This document shows positions 35,287-45,588 of a stretch of 63,307 bases of DNA, in pieces. Both the position numbers and the translations under genes were made by a program. The stretch's first letter is position 1. Every line of letters starts with the position of its first letter. Source of the DNA: Methanocorpusculaceae archaeon UBA456. GTDB taxonomy: Archaea; Halobacteriota; Methanomicrobia; Methanomicrobiales; Methanocorpusculaceae. The notes under the pieces were generated by a model that was given only the letters and a program-made list of their open reading frames with translations, was not told the origin of the DNA and did no database searches. The stretch covers positions 1 through 63,307 of the forward strand of contig DAJQ01000023.1 of assembly GCA_002496395.1 (NCBI GenBank), given 5' to 3'.

Positions 35287-36548
35287 TCCCAAGTCCCTAT
35301 CCCCTGGAACATGAGTTGCAGATGCGGTACTATGGAGATGACCATCCCGGCATCGGCGGAAAGCTGAGGACTGTTCCTGAAGATTTTGTTGTCGGAGAGA
35401 TCCCAAAACCATTCACCGGGAGCGGGCCGTTCCTGATCTGCACTGTCACCCGCCGCTCATGGGAGCACCAGCACGCCATTCAGGAGATCGCAAAGCGGCT
35501 TGGGATCAGCAGGAAGCGGATTGGCTGGGCCGGCACAAAGGACAGAAATGCTGTTGCCACCCATTATATCTCGCTCTACAAGGTCGAAGCAGACCAGGTC
35601 AGGGCACTCTCATTCAAGGATATGACAGTCGAGCCGGTCGGTCAGCATCAGTTCGGCCTCTCGCTGGGGGATCTTGAAGGGAACCGTTTCTCTCTTCTGA
35701 TCCGAAACTGTGATCGGGAGAATCTCAGCTATCTTCCGCAGATAGCAGAGACTGTACAAACGGGCATCCCGAACTACTTCGGTCTCCAGCGGTTCGGTGC
35801 CCAGAAGCCGGTCACCCACCGGGTCGGATCAGCGATCCTCCGCGGCGAGTACCGGGAGGCGGTGGATATCTACATCGGCGATCCCTTCCCAAATGAAGAT
35901 GATGAGGTAAAAGCTGCCCGGGCGGCATTCAGGGAGACCGGTGATGCCGCTGCAGCATTGTATGCGCTCCCGGTGCGGCTTGGATTCGAACGGGCGATGC
36001 TTGACTATCTCTCAAAACACGATAGTGACTATAAGGGAGCTCTCAAAGTCCTCGCCCCGAAACTCCTTACCATGTTCGTCTCGGCATGGCAGTCCTACCT
36101 CTTCAATGCCGCCATCTCGGATCGCTTTGACCACGGCATCCCCCTGCATGAACCGCAGGCCGGAGACACGCTCATCTACCAAAACGGGAGAACCGACCGG
36201 GCAACAGAGAAGAACCTCCCGACTGCACGGCAGCACATCAAACGGGGCAGGGCGATGATTGCTGCATTCATGCCGGGAGGAAGATCCATTCCAAACCCCG
36301 GCCCGATGGAGGAGTATATGCTCCGGCTCTCGGAAGAGGCCGGGATCGGACCTGATGCATTCAGGGAGGCAGCAGAGTACCTCGAAACCGCATTCGACGG
36401 ATCAATCCGGCCGATCATCCTGAGAACAGAGATACAGACAGAGATCGAAGACGATGCGGCCCGGCTCACCTTCACACTCCCCCCCGGCCACTATGCAACA
36501 TCAGTCTGCCGGGAGTTCATGAAGGGCGATCCGGTATCCCTCGTCTGA
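35283..36548 (+). CDS. truD: tRNA pseudouridine(13) synthase
   Basis: PEDFVV, AGTKDRNA, PNYFGLQRFG, LPPGHYATSVCRE. Confidence 0.95.
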   Translation: MIPSPYPLEHELQMRYYGDDHPGIGGKLRTVPEDFVVGEIPKPFTGSGPFLICTVTRRSWEHQHAIQEIAKRLGISRKRIGWAGTKDRNAVATHYISLYKVEADQVRALSFKDMTVEPVGQHQFGLSLGDLEGNRFSLLIRNCDRENLSYLPQIAETVQTGIPNYFGLQRFGAQKPVTHRVGSAILRGEYREAVDIYIGDPFPNEDDEVKAARAAFRETGDAAAALYALPVRLGFERAMLDYLSKHDSDYKGALKVLAPKLLTMFVSAWQSYLFNAAISDRFDHGIPLHEPQAGDTLIYQNGRTDRATEKNLPTARQHIKRGRAMIAAFMPGGRSIPNPGPMEEYMLRLSEEAGIGPDAFREAAEYLETAFDGSIRPIILRTEIQTEIEDDAARLTFTLPPGHYATSVCREFMKGDPVSLV

Positions 36549-36579
36549 TCCTCTGTGCGCGGTTGAATCCAGAAAAAAA

Positions 36580-37368
36580 TCAACGGGAACCGGCGATCTG
36601 CCGGGCCCCGGCGATCGCATCCTGAAGATTGCCAATCTCGTCAACAAGCCCGATCTCAAGGGCCTGTTCGCCACGGATCAAACGGGCATCCTCAATTGAC
36701 TCACGGGTGATATTTCGCTGACTGCTGATATCTGCAAAGAACCGGTTGAAACTTGCATCAACGAGATCCTGGGCAACTTCCTCCTCATCTGAGGTGAGCC
36801 CGCGATACGAATGGGTCATATCCTTCATCTCACCGGACTTGACGACATCTATCTCAAGCCCCTCTTTCGTGAGCTGATCGCTTGTATCATAGAAGATCCA
36901 TATCACCCCGATGCCCCCGGTCATGGTATCATAGCTGGAATAGATCCGGTCAGCATATGAGGCGACATAGTATGCACCAGAGGTCGCAATATCACCCATA
37001 GAGACGACAACCGGCTTCCTCTCCTTTGCATAGATGATATCCCTGATGATCTCCTGGGCTGCTGCCGGGGTGCCGCCACCGGAATCTATCCTGAGCACGA
37101 TTGCCCGTGTCAGGGGATCATCAGCGGCCTTTCGAATCTGGCCGCCGACATATTCACTCCCGGTATAGCCGCCGGATCGTGCTTCTCCGGTGATCATCGT
37201 CCCTTCAATTCGGATCACCGGGACGTCGGTCCCGCCAATTGGATCGATGAGGCTGAAGATACCGACAATGGCGAAGATACCAAGTATCAGGAAGAGAAGA
37301 ATAAGGCCTCCTTTTTTGAGCTGCCTGATCCTCTGCTGCTTTTTAATCTGATGTTCAATATAATTCAT
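36580..37368 (-). CDS. sppA: Signal peptide peptidase SppA (S49)
   Basis: LRIDSGGG, SMGDIATSGAYYVAS, KSGEMKD, GLVDEIG. Confidence 0.9.
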   Translation of the reverse strand: MNYIEHQIKKQQRIRQLKKGGLILLFLILGIFAIVGIFSLIDPIGGTDVPVIRIEGTMITGEARSGGYTGSEYVGGQIRKAADDPLTRAIVLRIDSGGGTPAAAQEIIRDIIYAKERKPVVVSMGDIATSGAYYVASYADRIYSSYDTMTGGIGVIWIFYDTSDQLTKEGLEIDVVKSGEMKDMTHSYRGLTSDEEEVAQDLVDASFNRFFADISSQRNITRESIEDARLIRGEQALEIGLVDEIGNLQDAIAGARQIAGSR

Positions 37369-38054
37369 GATTCTGGCGGATAGAGTACATCATATTCAGT
37401 GATGAGGTTGGTGCCGCAGAGATAATGGGTGCGGAGTTCAAGTCGGATCATCTCGTCTTCGGTCTCGATATGCATGCCTCCGACAAGCGAAGGCGTATCA
37501 TCACCACCAACGATGAAAGGCAGATGAATGAGCCGGATCTCATCGACAAGACAGTGATGCAGCATATGGTAGTTGAGGGTCGGTCCGCCCTCTACCATCA
37601 TCTTCCGGACACCATACTGCTCATAGAGTATCTCGAGGAGAAGGACAAGATCCACTTCGACCTCTCCGCAGACAACTACCTCGGCACCTGTTGCCTGGAT
37701 CGCCTCGATGCGTTCGCTGGATGCAATTTCAGAGACGGCAATAACAGTCAGTGCATCCGGCCTGAAGATATTGGCAGTGAGCGGCAGATCGCCCCTGCTG
37801 TTTGGGATGACACGAATCGGGCTCTTGCCGGGAACTTTCCTGACCGTCAGAAATGAGTTGTCGATCCGGATGGTGCGGGATCCGACCATAATCGCATCGC
37901 ACTCTGCCCGTGTCGTATGGAGAAGGGTCTCGGTCTCCTCTGCCATATATTTCATCAGGATCTTGCTTGATGCATCCTTTTTTAATGTCAGCTTGCCATC
38001 TGCTGTGATCTCGGACATCATCAGGACCTGTGGTTTTTTCGGATGCGCTCTCAT
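37365..38054 (-). CDS. RibD C-terminal (pyrimidine reductase) family protein
   Basis: TADGKL, DAIMVG.RTIRIDN, MVEGGPTL, LVDEI. Confidence 0.88.
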   Translation of the reverse strand: MRAHPKKPQVLMMSEITADGKLTLKKDASSKILMKYMAEETETLLHTTRAECDAIMVGSRTIRIDNSFLTVRKVPGKSPIRVIPNSRGDLPLTANIFRPDALTVIAVSEIASSERIEAIQATGAEVVVCGEVEVDLVLLLEILYEQYGVRKMMVEGGPTLNYHMLHHCLVDEIRLIHLPFIVGGDDTPSLVGGMHIETEDEMIRLELRTHYLCGTNLITEYDVLYPPES

Positions 38055-38130
38055 ACTGATCCTCTCGATTGATATATCTCTTCGAATACCTTAAGAATAT
38101 AGGGTTAATCACAAGCGGGTTTGGTGAAGA

Positions 38131-38763
38131 ATGAACATTACCACATTACGTCCACACTGCATGCGATACTTAGAACCGATCGCAAACCTCTGTGTACGTC
38201 TGGGTCTCTCTCCCAACCAGATCACCATACTCTCGCTTATTTTCGGAATAGGGTGTGCTGTATCCTTTGTTCACCAGCAGTTCATCCTGGGATCCCTCCT
38301 CCTCTTCATCTCCGCGATCCTCGATCTCGTGGATGGGAGTGTCGCGCGTAAAACCAACCATGACAGCAATTTCGGCGCGGTTCTCGACTGGATTGTCGAC
38401 AAATATATCGATGTGCTGGCACTCCTTGGTGTCGGCCTCTCAGGAATTGCTATTATATCCGGGTTCACCACGCTCCCCCCGATAGCAGATTTCGGGGTTG
38501 TCGCACTCGCCATCATCGGCTCCATGATGAACACCTTCATCAAGCCGGTCGTCTATGCCGAGGTCGGCTATTCAGATCGTGTCTGCGGAAAAATTGACGA
38601 TCCGCTCGAAGGGGTCGGGTTCTTTGGAAGACCCGAGACCCTTCTTGTGCTGATTCTCGGTGGCGTCACCGGATTCATCTGGGTCTCGGTCATCATCATC
38701 GCGGTCTGCACAAATCTCTCGGCAATCCAGCGGATCATCTACCTTTCAGGAAGACTTGCCTGA
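38131..38763 (+). CDS. CDP-alcohol phosphatidyltransferase
   Basis: SPNQIT, DLVDGSVAR...GAVLDWIVD signature. Confidence 0.92.
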   Translation: MNITTLRPHCMRYLEPIANLCVRLGLSPNQITILSLIFGIGCAVSFVHQQFILGSLLLFISAILDLVDGSVARKTNHDSNFGAVLDWIVDKYIDVLALLGVGLSGIAIISGFTTLPPIADFGVVALAIIGSMMNTFIKPVVYAEVGYSDRVCGKIDDPLEGVGFFGRPETLLVLILGGVTGFIWVSVIIIAVCTNLSAIQRIIYLSGRLA

Positions 38764-39565
38764 TATCCCGGATATACTGGGAGACCAGCTTCTCTGCCAA
38801 CACCCCAAGATCAGGGATCAGGCGGAAGAGACCATAGGCGATTGCAATCAGGATGGCAAGTGCAAGAAGCTCACAAAAGACATTGTGTGCCCAGAAGAAA
38901 CTCTCATACCCGTAGTTTCCATTTCCAACAACTTCAGGCAGCCAGGGGTACCACTGGCCGGTATATGCCATGATCACATAGGCATTCCTGAAGAGATTCA
39001 ACAGATAAATTGTCGGTGCAATCAGGAGGAATGAGAGGATCTTCTGTCTGGTTGTCGTCGGCACCATATTTGCAACCGCGAGCATGATCGCAATGCTGGT
39101 GATTCCGGTGCATCCGAGGATGATCTCGACACGAAACCCGATATCAAAGCCCGGTATCGATCCCGCCATTATTGTGTTCCATTCATACAGTGTCACCGGA
39201 TACCGCAGGAGTTCCAGCACCCAGACCGTCTGGTTGACGACGACTCCGATCAGCCAGTTCTTCAGTGGCTCATAAAAACCAAATGGAGCATAGATCAAAA
39301 AGGAGAAGGCAGCCGCCCGGGTCAGGCTTCCTGTAACAGGATCCTTCATCAGAAGGCGCCGTGCCGTAAGATAGACAAACGGTACCGAGAGGATGCCAAG
39401 GATCGGATAGAGGAAATTATTGATCTGAAGAAATCCCGGTAATTCAAGGAGGAGGAGAAGGGATATCGATGCCCATCCGACTATCCCTGCATACCAGTTA
39501 TATCTGTGTGGTAGAAGAAAAAGGAGAAAACCAATACAGGAGAGAAGAACCAGGTATTCGTTCAT
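38735..39565 (-). CDS. artA: Archaeosortase A
   Basis: Multi-TM; EIILGCTGITS (Cys), LNLFRN (Arg), SFFWAHN (His). Confidence 0.88.
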   Translation of the reverse strand: MNEYLVLLSCIGFLLFLLPHRYNWYAGIVGWASISLLLLLELPGFLQINNFLYPILGILSVPFVYLTARRLLMKDPVTGSLTRAAAFSFLIYAPFGFYEPLKNWLIGVVVNQTVWVLELLRYPVTLYEWNTIMAGSIPGFDIGFRVEIILGCTGITSIAIMLAVANMVPTTTRQKILSFLLIAPTIYLLNLFRNAYVIMAYTGQWYPWLPEVVGNGNYGYESFFWAHNVFCELLALAILIAIAYGLFRLIPDLGVLAEKLVSQYIRDIRQVFLKGR

Positions 39566-39665
39566 TACATTATATTGAACGGGGGATCAGAAAAAGGATG
39601 AGGAAGAAGCCATTGATGTATCAGAATGGCGGAGTCTTTAAAGATCGAGTGCATATAGTATAGTC

Positions 39666-39980
39666 ATGCGTTTCTGCCCAGAATGTAAGAGCCTTATGAT
39701 CGCCAGATCCGGAAAGATGCACTGCCGGAGATGTGACTATTCTGAAGAGATTACCGACTCTGAATCTCTCAAGGTGACAAAAACCAGAGTAGAAAAAGAG
39801 ATTGTGATCGTTGACGAAGATGATGCCATCCCAACACTCCCAACCTGTGCTATACGATGCCCTGAGTGTGATCATAACGTTGCGTACTGGTGGCTCAGGC
39901 AGCTTCGGTCCGCGGATGAAAGTGAAGTCCGGTTCTTCAGGTGTGTTTCCTGTTCTCACACATGGAGACAATACGACTAA
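39666..39980 (+). CDS. tfs: Transcription factor S
   Basis: FCPECKSL...CPEC...QLRSADESEVRFFRC. Confidence 0.93.
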   Translation: MRFCPECKSLMIARSGKMHCRRCDYSEEITDSESLKVTKTRVEKEIVIVDEDDAIPTLPTCAIRCPECDHNVAYWWLRQLRSADESEVRFFRCVSCSHTWRQYD

Positions 39981-40139
39981 ATCAGAACAGAAATCAATCA
40001 CTTCTGCCCAATCAGGGAGAGAAATAAATACCCTCCCACATATTCCCGGGTCAAAATCCCGGAATACCATGTTTTTATATGATGCCGGAGAACCGGATCT
40101 ATCATTCTACACAATTAATCATGTCAATTTGGAGGAACC

Positions 40140-42026
40140 ATGTCCGAGAAACAGGTGACATTGAGCACAAAGAAGTACATGCCCGATCCGGATTATCGGA
40201 AAGAGGCATGGTGCAAGGATGCCGAGCATGCATACCAGGGATATATCACTGATCCGGATGGATTCTGGGCACGAATCAGCCACGAGCTTGAATGGTTCCA
40301 GCCCTGGGAGACCGTGAAAGAGTGGAAACATCCCTTTGCCAGATGGTTCATCAATGGAAAGACCAATATCAGCTATAACTGTCTGGATCGGCATATCACC
40401 GGGCACCGAAGAAATAAGGTCGCTGTCTTCTGGCAGGGTGACGATGGATCGACGAAAACCCTGACATACTGGCAGCTCCTCCGCGAGGTGGAGCGGTTTG
40501 CAAACGGTCTGAAAACTCTCGGTGTTGGAAAGGGCGATACCGTCTGCATCTATATGCCAAATGTCCCCGAGCAGATCATCGCCATGCTCGCCTGCGCACG
40601 TATCGGTGCAGTCCATTCCGTTGTCTTTGCCGGATTTGGATCAGATGCCCTGCATGCACGGATCACCGGTGCCGGTGCCAAAGTCGTGATCACCGCTGAT
40701 GCAAGCATCAGGCGTGGAAAGACGATCCCCCTCAAGCCGATCCTGGAAGAGGCGCTGATCAATGCAACAACCGTCGATCATGTCGTTGTGCTCAGGACAC
40801 AGAAGCCGAAAATCAGCCTCCTCTCCGAATTTGAAAGAGATTTCTATGAGCTGATGGAGGAGAGCGAGAAGAACTGTGCACCCGAATCTATGGATGCAGA
40901 AGATCCGCTCTTCATCCTCTATACCTCCGGGACAACCGGCCAGCCGAAAGGAATCGTGCATACCACCGGCGGGTACATGGTCGGGACATATTATACCTGC
41001 AAATATATTCTTGACATCAAGGATTCTGATGTCTACTGGTGCACAGCGGACCCCGGCTGGATCACCGGCCACTCCTACATCGTCTATGGCCCGCTTCTGA
41101 TGGGTGCGACCATCTTCATCACCGAAGGCACCCCGGACTATCCGGATGCCGGGATCTGGTGGAAGTACGTTGAGAAGTTCGGAATATCCATCATGTATAC
41201 CGCACCGACTGCCATTCGGATGTTCATGCGGTTTGGCGAGGAGTACCCGAACAAATACGACCTCTCTACCCTCCGCCTCCTCGGTTCAGTCGGCGAGCCG
41301 CTAAACCCCGAGGCATTTGAGTGGTTCTATCACACCATCGGGAAAGGCAAACTCCCGATTGTCGATACCTGGTGGCAGACCGAGACCGGGATGCATATGA
41401 TCACCACGATGATCGGGGAGCCGATGAAACCCGGGTTTGCCGGAAAGCCGATCCCCGGAGTTCTCGTTGATATCGTTGACAAAGAAGGAAATCCAGTACC
41501 GCCAGGGATATCCGGCCAGTTGATCATCAAGGAGCCCTGGCCCTCAATGGTGCGGATGGTTCACCAGAACGAGGAGCGATACCGGATGTACTGGAGCGGA
41601 CCTGAAAACACCTTCACTGCAAGCGATCTTGCTGTCCGTGACGAAGAGGGCTATATCATGATCCTGGGTAGATCAGATGATCTGATCATCGTCTCCGGGC
41701 ATAACATCGGGACAGCCGAGGTCGAGAGCGCACTGGTTGCCCACAAGGCTGTTGCCGAAGCGGCGGTCGTCGGCATCCCTGACGAGATGAAAGGCAACCG
41801 GATACTGGCCTTTGTCCTCCTGAGACAAGGGTTCATCGAGACCCCGAAACTGAAACAGGATCTCCTCTATCATGTGAGGATCACCCTCGGGCCGATCGCG
41901 GTTCCATCCGAGATCAGGGTTGTCGACTCACTCCCAAAGACACGGAGCGGCAAGATCATGAGACGGGTGCTCCGTGCAACTGAGCTCGGGGAAGATCCAG
42001 GCGACCTCTCCACCATCGAAGAGTAA
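40140..42026 (+). CDS. acs: Acetyl-CoA synthetase (AMP-forming)
   Basis: YTSGTTGQPKG, DTWWQTETG, LPKTRSGKIMRR. Confidence 0.95.
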   Translation: MSEKQVTLSTKKYMPDPDYRKEAWCKDAEHAYQGYITDPDGFWARISHELEWFQPWETVKEWKHPFARWFINGKTNISYNCLDRHITGHRRNKVAVFWQGDDGSTKTLTYWQLLREVERFANGLKTLGVGKGDTVCIYMPNVPEQIIAMLACARIGAVHSVVFAGFGSDALHARITGAGAKVVITADASIRRGKTIPLKPILEEALINATTVDHVVVLRTQKPKISLLSEFERDFYELMEESEKNCAPESMDAEDPLFILYTSGTTGQPKGIVHTTGGYMVGTYYTCKYILDIKDSDVYWCTADPGWITGHSYIVYGPLLMGATIFITEGTPDYPDAGIWWKYVEKFGISIMYTAPTAIRMFMRFGEEYPNKYDLSTLRLLGSVGEPLNPEAFEWFYHTIGKGKLPIVDTWWQTETGMHMITTMIGEPMKPGFAGKPIPGVLVDIVDKEGNPVPPGISGQLIIKEPWPSMVRMVHQNEERYRMYWSGPENTFTASDLAVRDEEGYIMILGRSDDLIIVSGHNIGTAEVESALVAHKAVAEAAVVGIPDEMKGNRILAFVLLRQGFIETPKLKQDLLYHVRITLGPIAVPSEIRVVDSLPKTRSGKIMRRVLRATELGEDPGDLSTIEE

Positions 42027-42054
42027 GCAGATCACTTCTCTTTTTTCAGAATAG

Positions 42055-42062
42055 TTTATATA
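42055..42062 (+). promoter_or_regulatory. Putative TATA box of tbp
   Basis: TTTATATA 23-30 nt before the ATG at 42085, just after the T-rich tract that follows acs. Confidence 0.55.
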
Positions 42063-42084
42063 GTGAATAGTGTTAGTTATAAAC

Positions 42085-42645
42085 ATGACATTCAATCCCG
42101 AGGATTCGCTCAAGATTGAAAATATCGTAGCATCAGCCAAGGTTACAGAGTCTCTTGATCTCCCTTCACTCGCTGCTGAGATAAAGGGTGCCGAATACAA
42201 TAAAAAACGGTTCCCGGGTGTTGTTCTGAGGATGCAGGATCCAAAGATCGCCGCCCTCGTCTTTGGATCTGGAAAAGTGGTCCTCACCGGTGCTAAGAGT
42301 GTCGAGAGCCTAAGCCGTGGGCTTGAGATCCTCGGGGGACTTCTCCGGGATCTCAAGATCGATATCCCCGACGAACTGACCTACAAGATCCAGAATATCG
42401 TCACATCCGCCGATCTCGGGACACCAATCAACTTAAACAAGATTGCAGTCGGCTTCAACCTTGACCGCATCGAATACGAACCCGAACAGTTCCCCGGCCT
42501 TGTCTACCGGCTTGAAGAGCCGAAGGTTGTTGTTCTGCTCTTTGGATCGGGAAAACTGATCATCACCGGTGGAAAAGTACCTGAAGATGCAAAAGGGGCA
42601 GTAAAGAAGATCCTAAATGACCTCTCGAATCTCGGGATGCTCTGA
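42085..42645 (+). CDS. tbp: TATA-box-binding protein
   Basis: IENIVAS...FPGVV...VFGSGKVVLTGAK and second repeat IQNIVTS...YEPEQFPGLVYR. Confidence 0.97.
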   Translation: MTFNPEDSLKIENIVASAKVTESLDLPSLAAEIKGAEYNKKRFPGVVLRMQDPKIAALVFGSGKVVLTGAKSVESLSRGLEILGGLLRDLKIDIPDELTYKIQNIVTSADLGTPINLNKIAVGFNLDRIEYEPEQFPGLVYRLEEPKVVVLLFGSGKLIITGGKVPEDAKGAVKKILNDLSNLGML

Positions 42646-42753
42646 GTATACTAAATACCTTTTCTTTTCTCTCGCTCGAAGAACATTCATCAATCTGAAT
42701 GGAAGCCCTTTTATATTATAGATAATAAATAATAGTTACGAGGAGAAAATAAC

Positions 42754-43131
42754 ATGGATAACGGAACTTTCGGAACGTTAACACCAAAACAGGAAGAACT
42801 GGTCAGTCTGTTGAATGGGATCGGGATGAAGAGAAATGTCGCAAAAGTACTTGTCTTTCTCTCTGAGCTGCCTGAAGCCAGCTCCCGTGAGATCGAACGC
42901 GGCACCGATCTCCGTCAGCCCGAAGTGAGCATCGCAATGCGGGACCTAAAAGAGCAGGCATGGGTCACCTGCCGGGAGAGTAAGACTGAAAATAAAGGGC
43001 GTCCGGTAAAGATCTACTCTATCGCCCTTGGACTGGGTGAGATTACCAATATTCTGGAAGAGAAGAAACGGCAGGAAGCCGAGAACCAGATATCCATGAT
43101 CAACCGGATGCGCGAGTGCATCAAATCCTGA
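42754..43131 (+). CDS. HTH transcriptional regulator (ArsR/MarR/TrmB-like)
   Basis: SSREIERGTDLRQPEVSIAMRDL...GRPVKIY. Confidence 0.85.
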   Translation: MDNGTFGTLTPKQEELVSLLNGIGMKRNVAKVLVFLSELPEASSREIERGTDLRQPEVSIAMRDLKEQAWVTCRESKTENKGRPVKIYSIALGLGEITNILEEKKRQEAENQISMINRMRECIKS

Positions 43132-43791
43132 TCATTCCTTTTTCCCGACAATCAACTCTGTTTTACCGGTATACCGTGTGAAAAGACCGGATTCTATAAT
43201 TCCCGGGATAGCAGCAAGTTTCATCTCAAGCTCCTCCGGGGAGGGTATCTCCGTGAATGTGCAGTCGATGATCAGGTTCCCGTTATCTGAGATGACCGGA
43301 CCATCCTTTCCCGAGCCTGTTCTTATCTCTCCCGATCCCCCGAGATCAGTGATCCTCCTGAGTACCGGCGCACATGCAAATGATAACACCTCGACCGGGA
43401 CTTTACCGCTGAGATGAGTGACACACTTCGACTCGTCAACGATAACAAGAAATGTCTCTGCAGCATCCACAACGCACTTCTCCCGGAGATGGGCACCGCC
43501 ACGCCCTTTGATCATCCTGAGCGCTGGATCGACCTGATCAGCACCATCAATTGCCAGATCGAGGCGTGGGTGTGCATCAAGGGTGGTGAGTGGAATATCC
43601 ATCTCAACAGCCCTGTAGGCTGTCTGGTAGGAGGTCGGGACTCCGAGAATGGTCAGTTTCTCCTCATACATCCTCTGCTGCAGACGTTCCATTGCATACA
43701 GCACTGTTGAGCCGGTGCCAATCCCAATGACATCACCGTCACGGATACGATCGGCTGCCCGGCATCCAGCCTCCTGTTTGGCGCTGTCCAT
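43132..43791 (-). CDS. rpiA: Ribose-5-phosphate isomerase A
   Basis: GIGTGST, DGADQV, IKGRGGAHLREK, SDNGNLIID. Confidence 0.95.
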   Translation of the reverse strand: MDSAKQEAGCRAADRIRDGDVIGIGTGSTVLYAMERLQQRMYEEKLTILGVPTSYQTAYRAVEMDIPLTTLDAHPRLDLAIDGADQVDPALRMIKGRGGAHLREKCVVDAAETFLVIVDESKCVTHLSGKVPVEVLSFACAPVLRRITDLGGSGEIRTGSGKDGPVISDNGNLIIDCTFTEIPSPEELEMKLAAIPGIIESGLFTRYTGKTELIVGKKE

Positions 43792-43841
43792 GTGATCTGG
43801 TATGATTGAAAGGGGTATGTAGCTTTGTATGCACCAGAATC

Positions 43842-44624
43842 TTATGCCGGGAACTGCCTTTTAACACCATCAAAGGCGGCAGGGGCAGTGCAGTCCAGTG
43901 TCACGGGGGTGATGGAGATCCTCCCCTCCCGTACTGCATGGACATCGGTTCCCTCTTCGGCATCCTGAACAAAGGGGCCGTCGATCCAGTAGTATGGCCT
44001 CCCTCGCGGATCGAAACGCTCCTCAACTCCCGTATGGAAGAGCTTGTGTGCAAGCCGGGTCACCTCGTACCCCCCACGAATCTCGGACGGAATATTGACA
44101 TTTAAGACATGGCACTGTTTTGGGAATCCCTGATCGAAGATGCGAGAACAGACATCGGTTATAATATCCCCGATCGAATCGTCTTCCAGAAGCGCTGATC
44201 GTGGATCATCGAATTTCCGACCCTGATCGCTCACCTGGAGGGAGAATGCAACCGCAGGCGTTCCCTGGTTTGCCGCTTCAAGTGCGGCACCGACAGTGCC
44301 CGAAGTCATGATGGACTCGAAACTGAGGTTCTCCCCGATATTGATCCCGGAGACGACGAGGTCGGGTTTCAGCTTAAGGGCATACAGCCCGATGATTACG
44401 GCATCGGTCGGCTTTCCATCGACTGCATAGGCGGGGGATCCGTTGATATTCACCTTATGCACCCGGATCGGCTCAAAGATAGAGATCGATCTCCCCACCG
44501 CGCTCTGCTGGGTGGATGGGGCGACGACCGTCACATCGGCGATCTCCGAAAGAGCTGCATATGCAGCCCATATGCCCCCTGATGAGACGCCATCGTCGTT
44601 TGTGAGCAGGACAGTCGGTTTCAT
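43842..44624 (-). CDS. surE: 5'/3'-nucleotidase SurE
   Basis: LLTNDDG, QSAVGRS, DGKPTDAV, SGINIGEN, SGTVGAA. Confidence 0.95.
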   Translation of the reverse strand: MKPTVLLTNDDGVSSGGIWAAYAALSEIADVTVVAPSTQQSAVGRSISIFEPIRVHKVNINGSPAYAVDGKPTDAVIIGLYALKLKPDLVVSGINIGENLSFESIMTSGTVGAALEAANQGTPAVAFSLQVSDQGRKFDDPRSALLEDDSIGDIITDVCSRIFDQGFPKQCHVLNVNIPSEIRGGYEVTRLAHKLFHTGVEERFDPRGRPYYWIDGPFVQDAEEGTDVHAVREGRISITPVTLDCTAPAAFDGVKRQFPA

Positions 44625-44703
44625 GATTATGAGTCGTCGCCTGGGAGAGAAATACCCTCGTATCGGCAAAGCCTCTTCTCCGTTTGGGATCAACCTTCAC
44701 TGT

Positions 44704-45588
44704 ATGAAGGTACTCCTCGCAGAGTATACCCTGCACCATGATCCAAAGCTCGCACCTGAAGGCGAAGCGATGTACAGGACACTGAAGCGTAGTTTCGAAC
44801 ACCTTGGATATGAAGTAGTCTCTCCCGGGAAGGGAGATTTTGGCGATGAGATCGAACGCCTTGCACCAGATTGCCGATACGGGCTTGTGATCGCACCCGA
44901 TCACCTCCTTGCAGAATTCACCCGCAGGATGGAGGGGATCACCCACAATGTCGGAACAGACAGTACCAATGCAGCTGTCTGCGCCAACAAGCGGCTCACC
45001 GCCCGCCTCCTTGCAGAGCATGGTATTGATGTGCCACAGGAAGTAGCTGCCGGGATGAGGGTGATCAAGCCGATCAGGGGATCAGGTTCGGTTAATGTCC
45101 GGATAGGAGATGAGGAGCCGGGGGATGGCGAGTTTGGCCAGGAGATCCTCACAGGCGATCTCCTCTCAGTATCGGTGATCGGATCCCGCGTCGTCGGTGA
45201 TGTATGCAGTTTCTATAGCGGGGCACCGCCGTTTGTTCTTGCAATCAACCGGCAGATAATCGAGAATAATAGCGGCAGAATCACCTACCTCGGCGGCGAA
45301 ACTCCGGTTGATCATCCCCGTGCAGAGGAGATCAGGGAGATTGCAAAGAAGGTTGTCACAACCCTTGGGTGCCAGGGCTACATCGGGATCGATATGATTG
45401 TCGGAGACCGGATCACCGTCATCGATGTCAATCCCCGGATCACAACGAGCCTGATCGGAATAGCAGCGGTGATGGAAGAGGAGATCGCCGATCTGCTGAT
45501 CAAGGCGTCTGAGGGGATTGATCCTGAGCCGGTTCACCTGAATGGATCCGTACACTTTGATACACACGGTGGGATCACAAGGCAATGA
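44704..45588 (+). CDS. mfnD: ATP-grasp tyramine-L-glutamate ligase (methanofuran biosynthesis)
   Basis: MKVLLAEY...EGEAM, LVIAPD, YIGID...IDVNPRITTS; coupled to mfnF. Confidence 0.8.
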   Translation: MKVLLAEYTLHHDPKLAPEGEAMYRTLKRSFEHLGYEVVSPGKGDFGDEIERLAPDCRYGLVIAPDHLLAEFTRRMEGITHNVGTDSTNAAVCANKRLTARLLAEHGIDVPQEVAAGMRVIKPIRGSGSVNVRIGDEEPGDGEFGQEILTGDLLSVSVIGSRVVGDVCSFYSGAPPFVLAINRQIIENNSGRITYLGGETPVDHPRAEEIREIAKKVVTTLGCQGYIGIDMIVGDRITVIDVNPRITTSLIGIAAVMEEEIADLLIKASEGIDPEPVHLNGSVHFDTHGGITRQ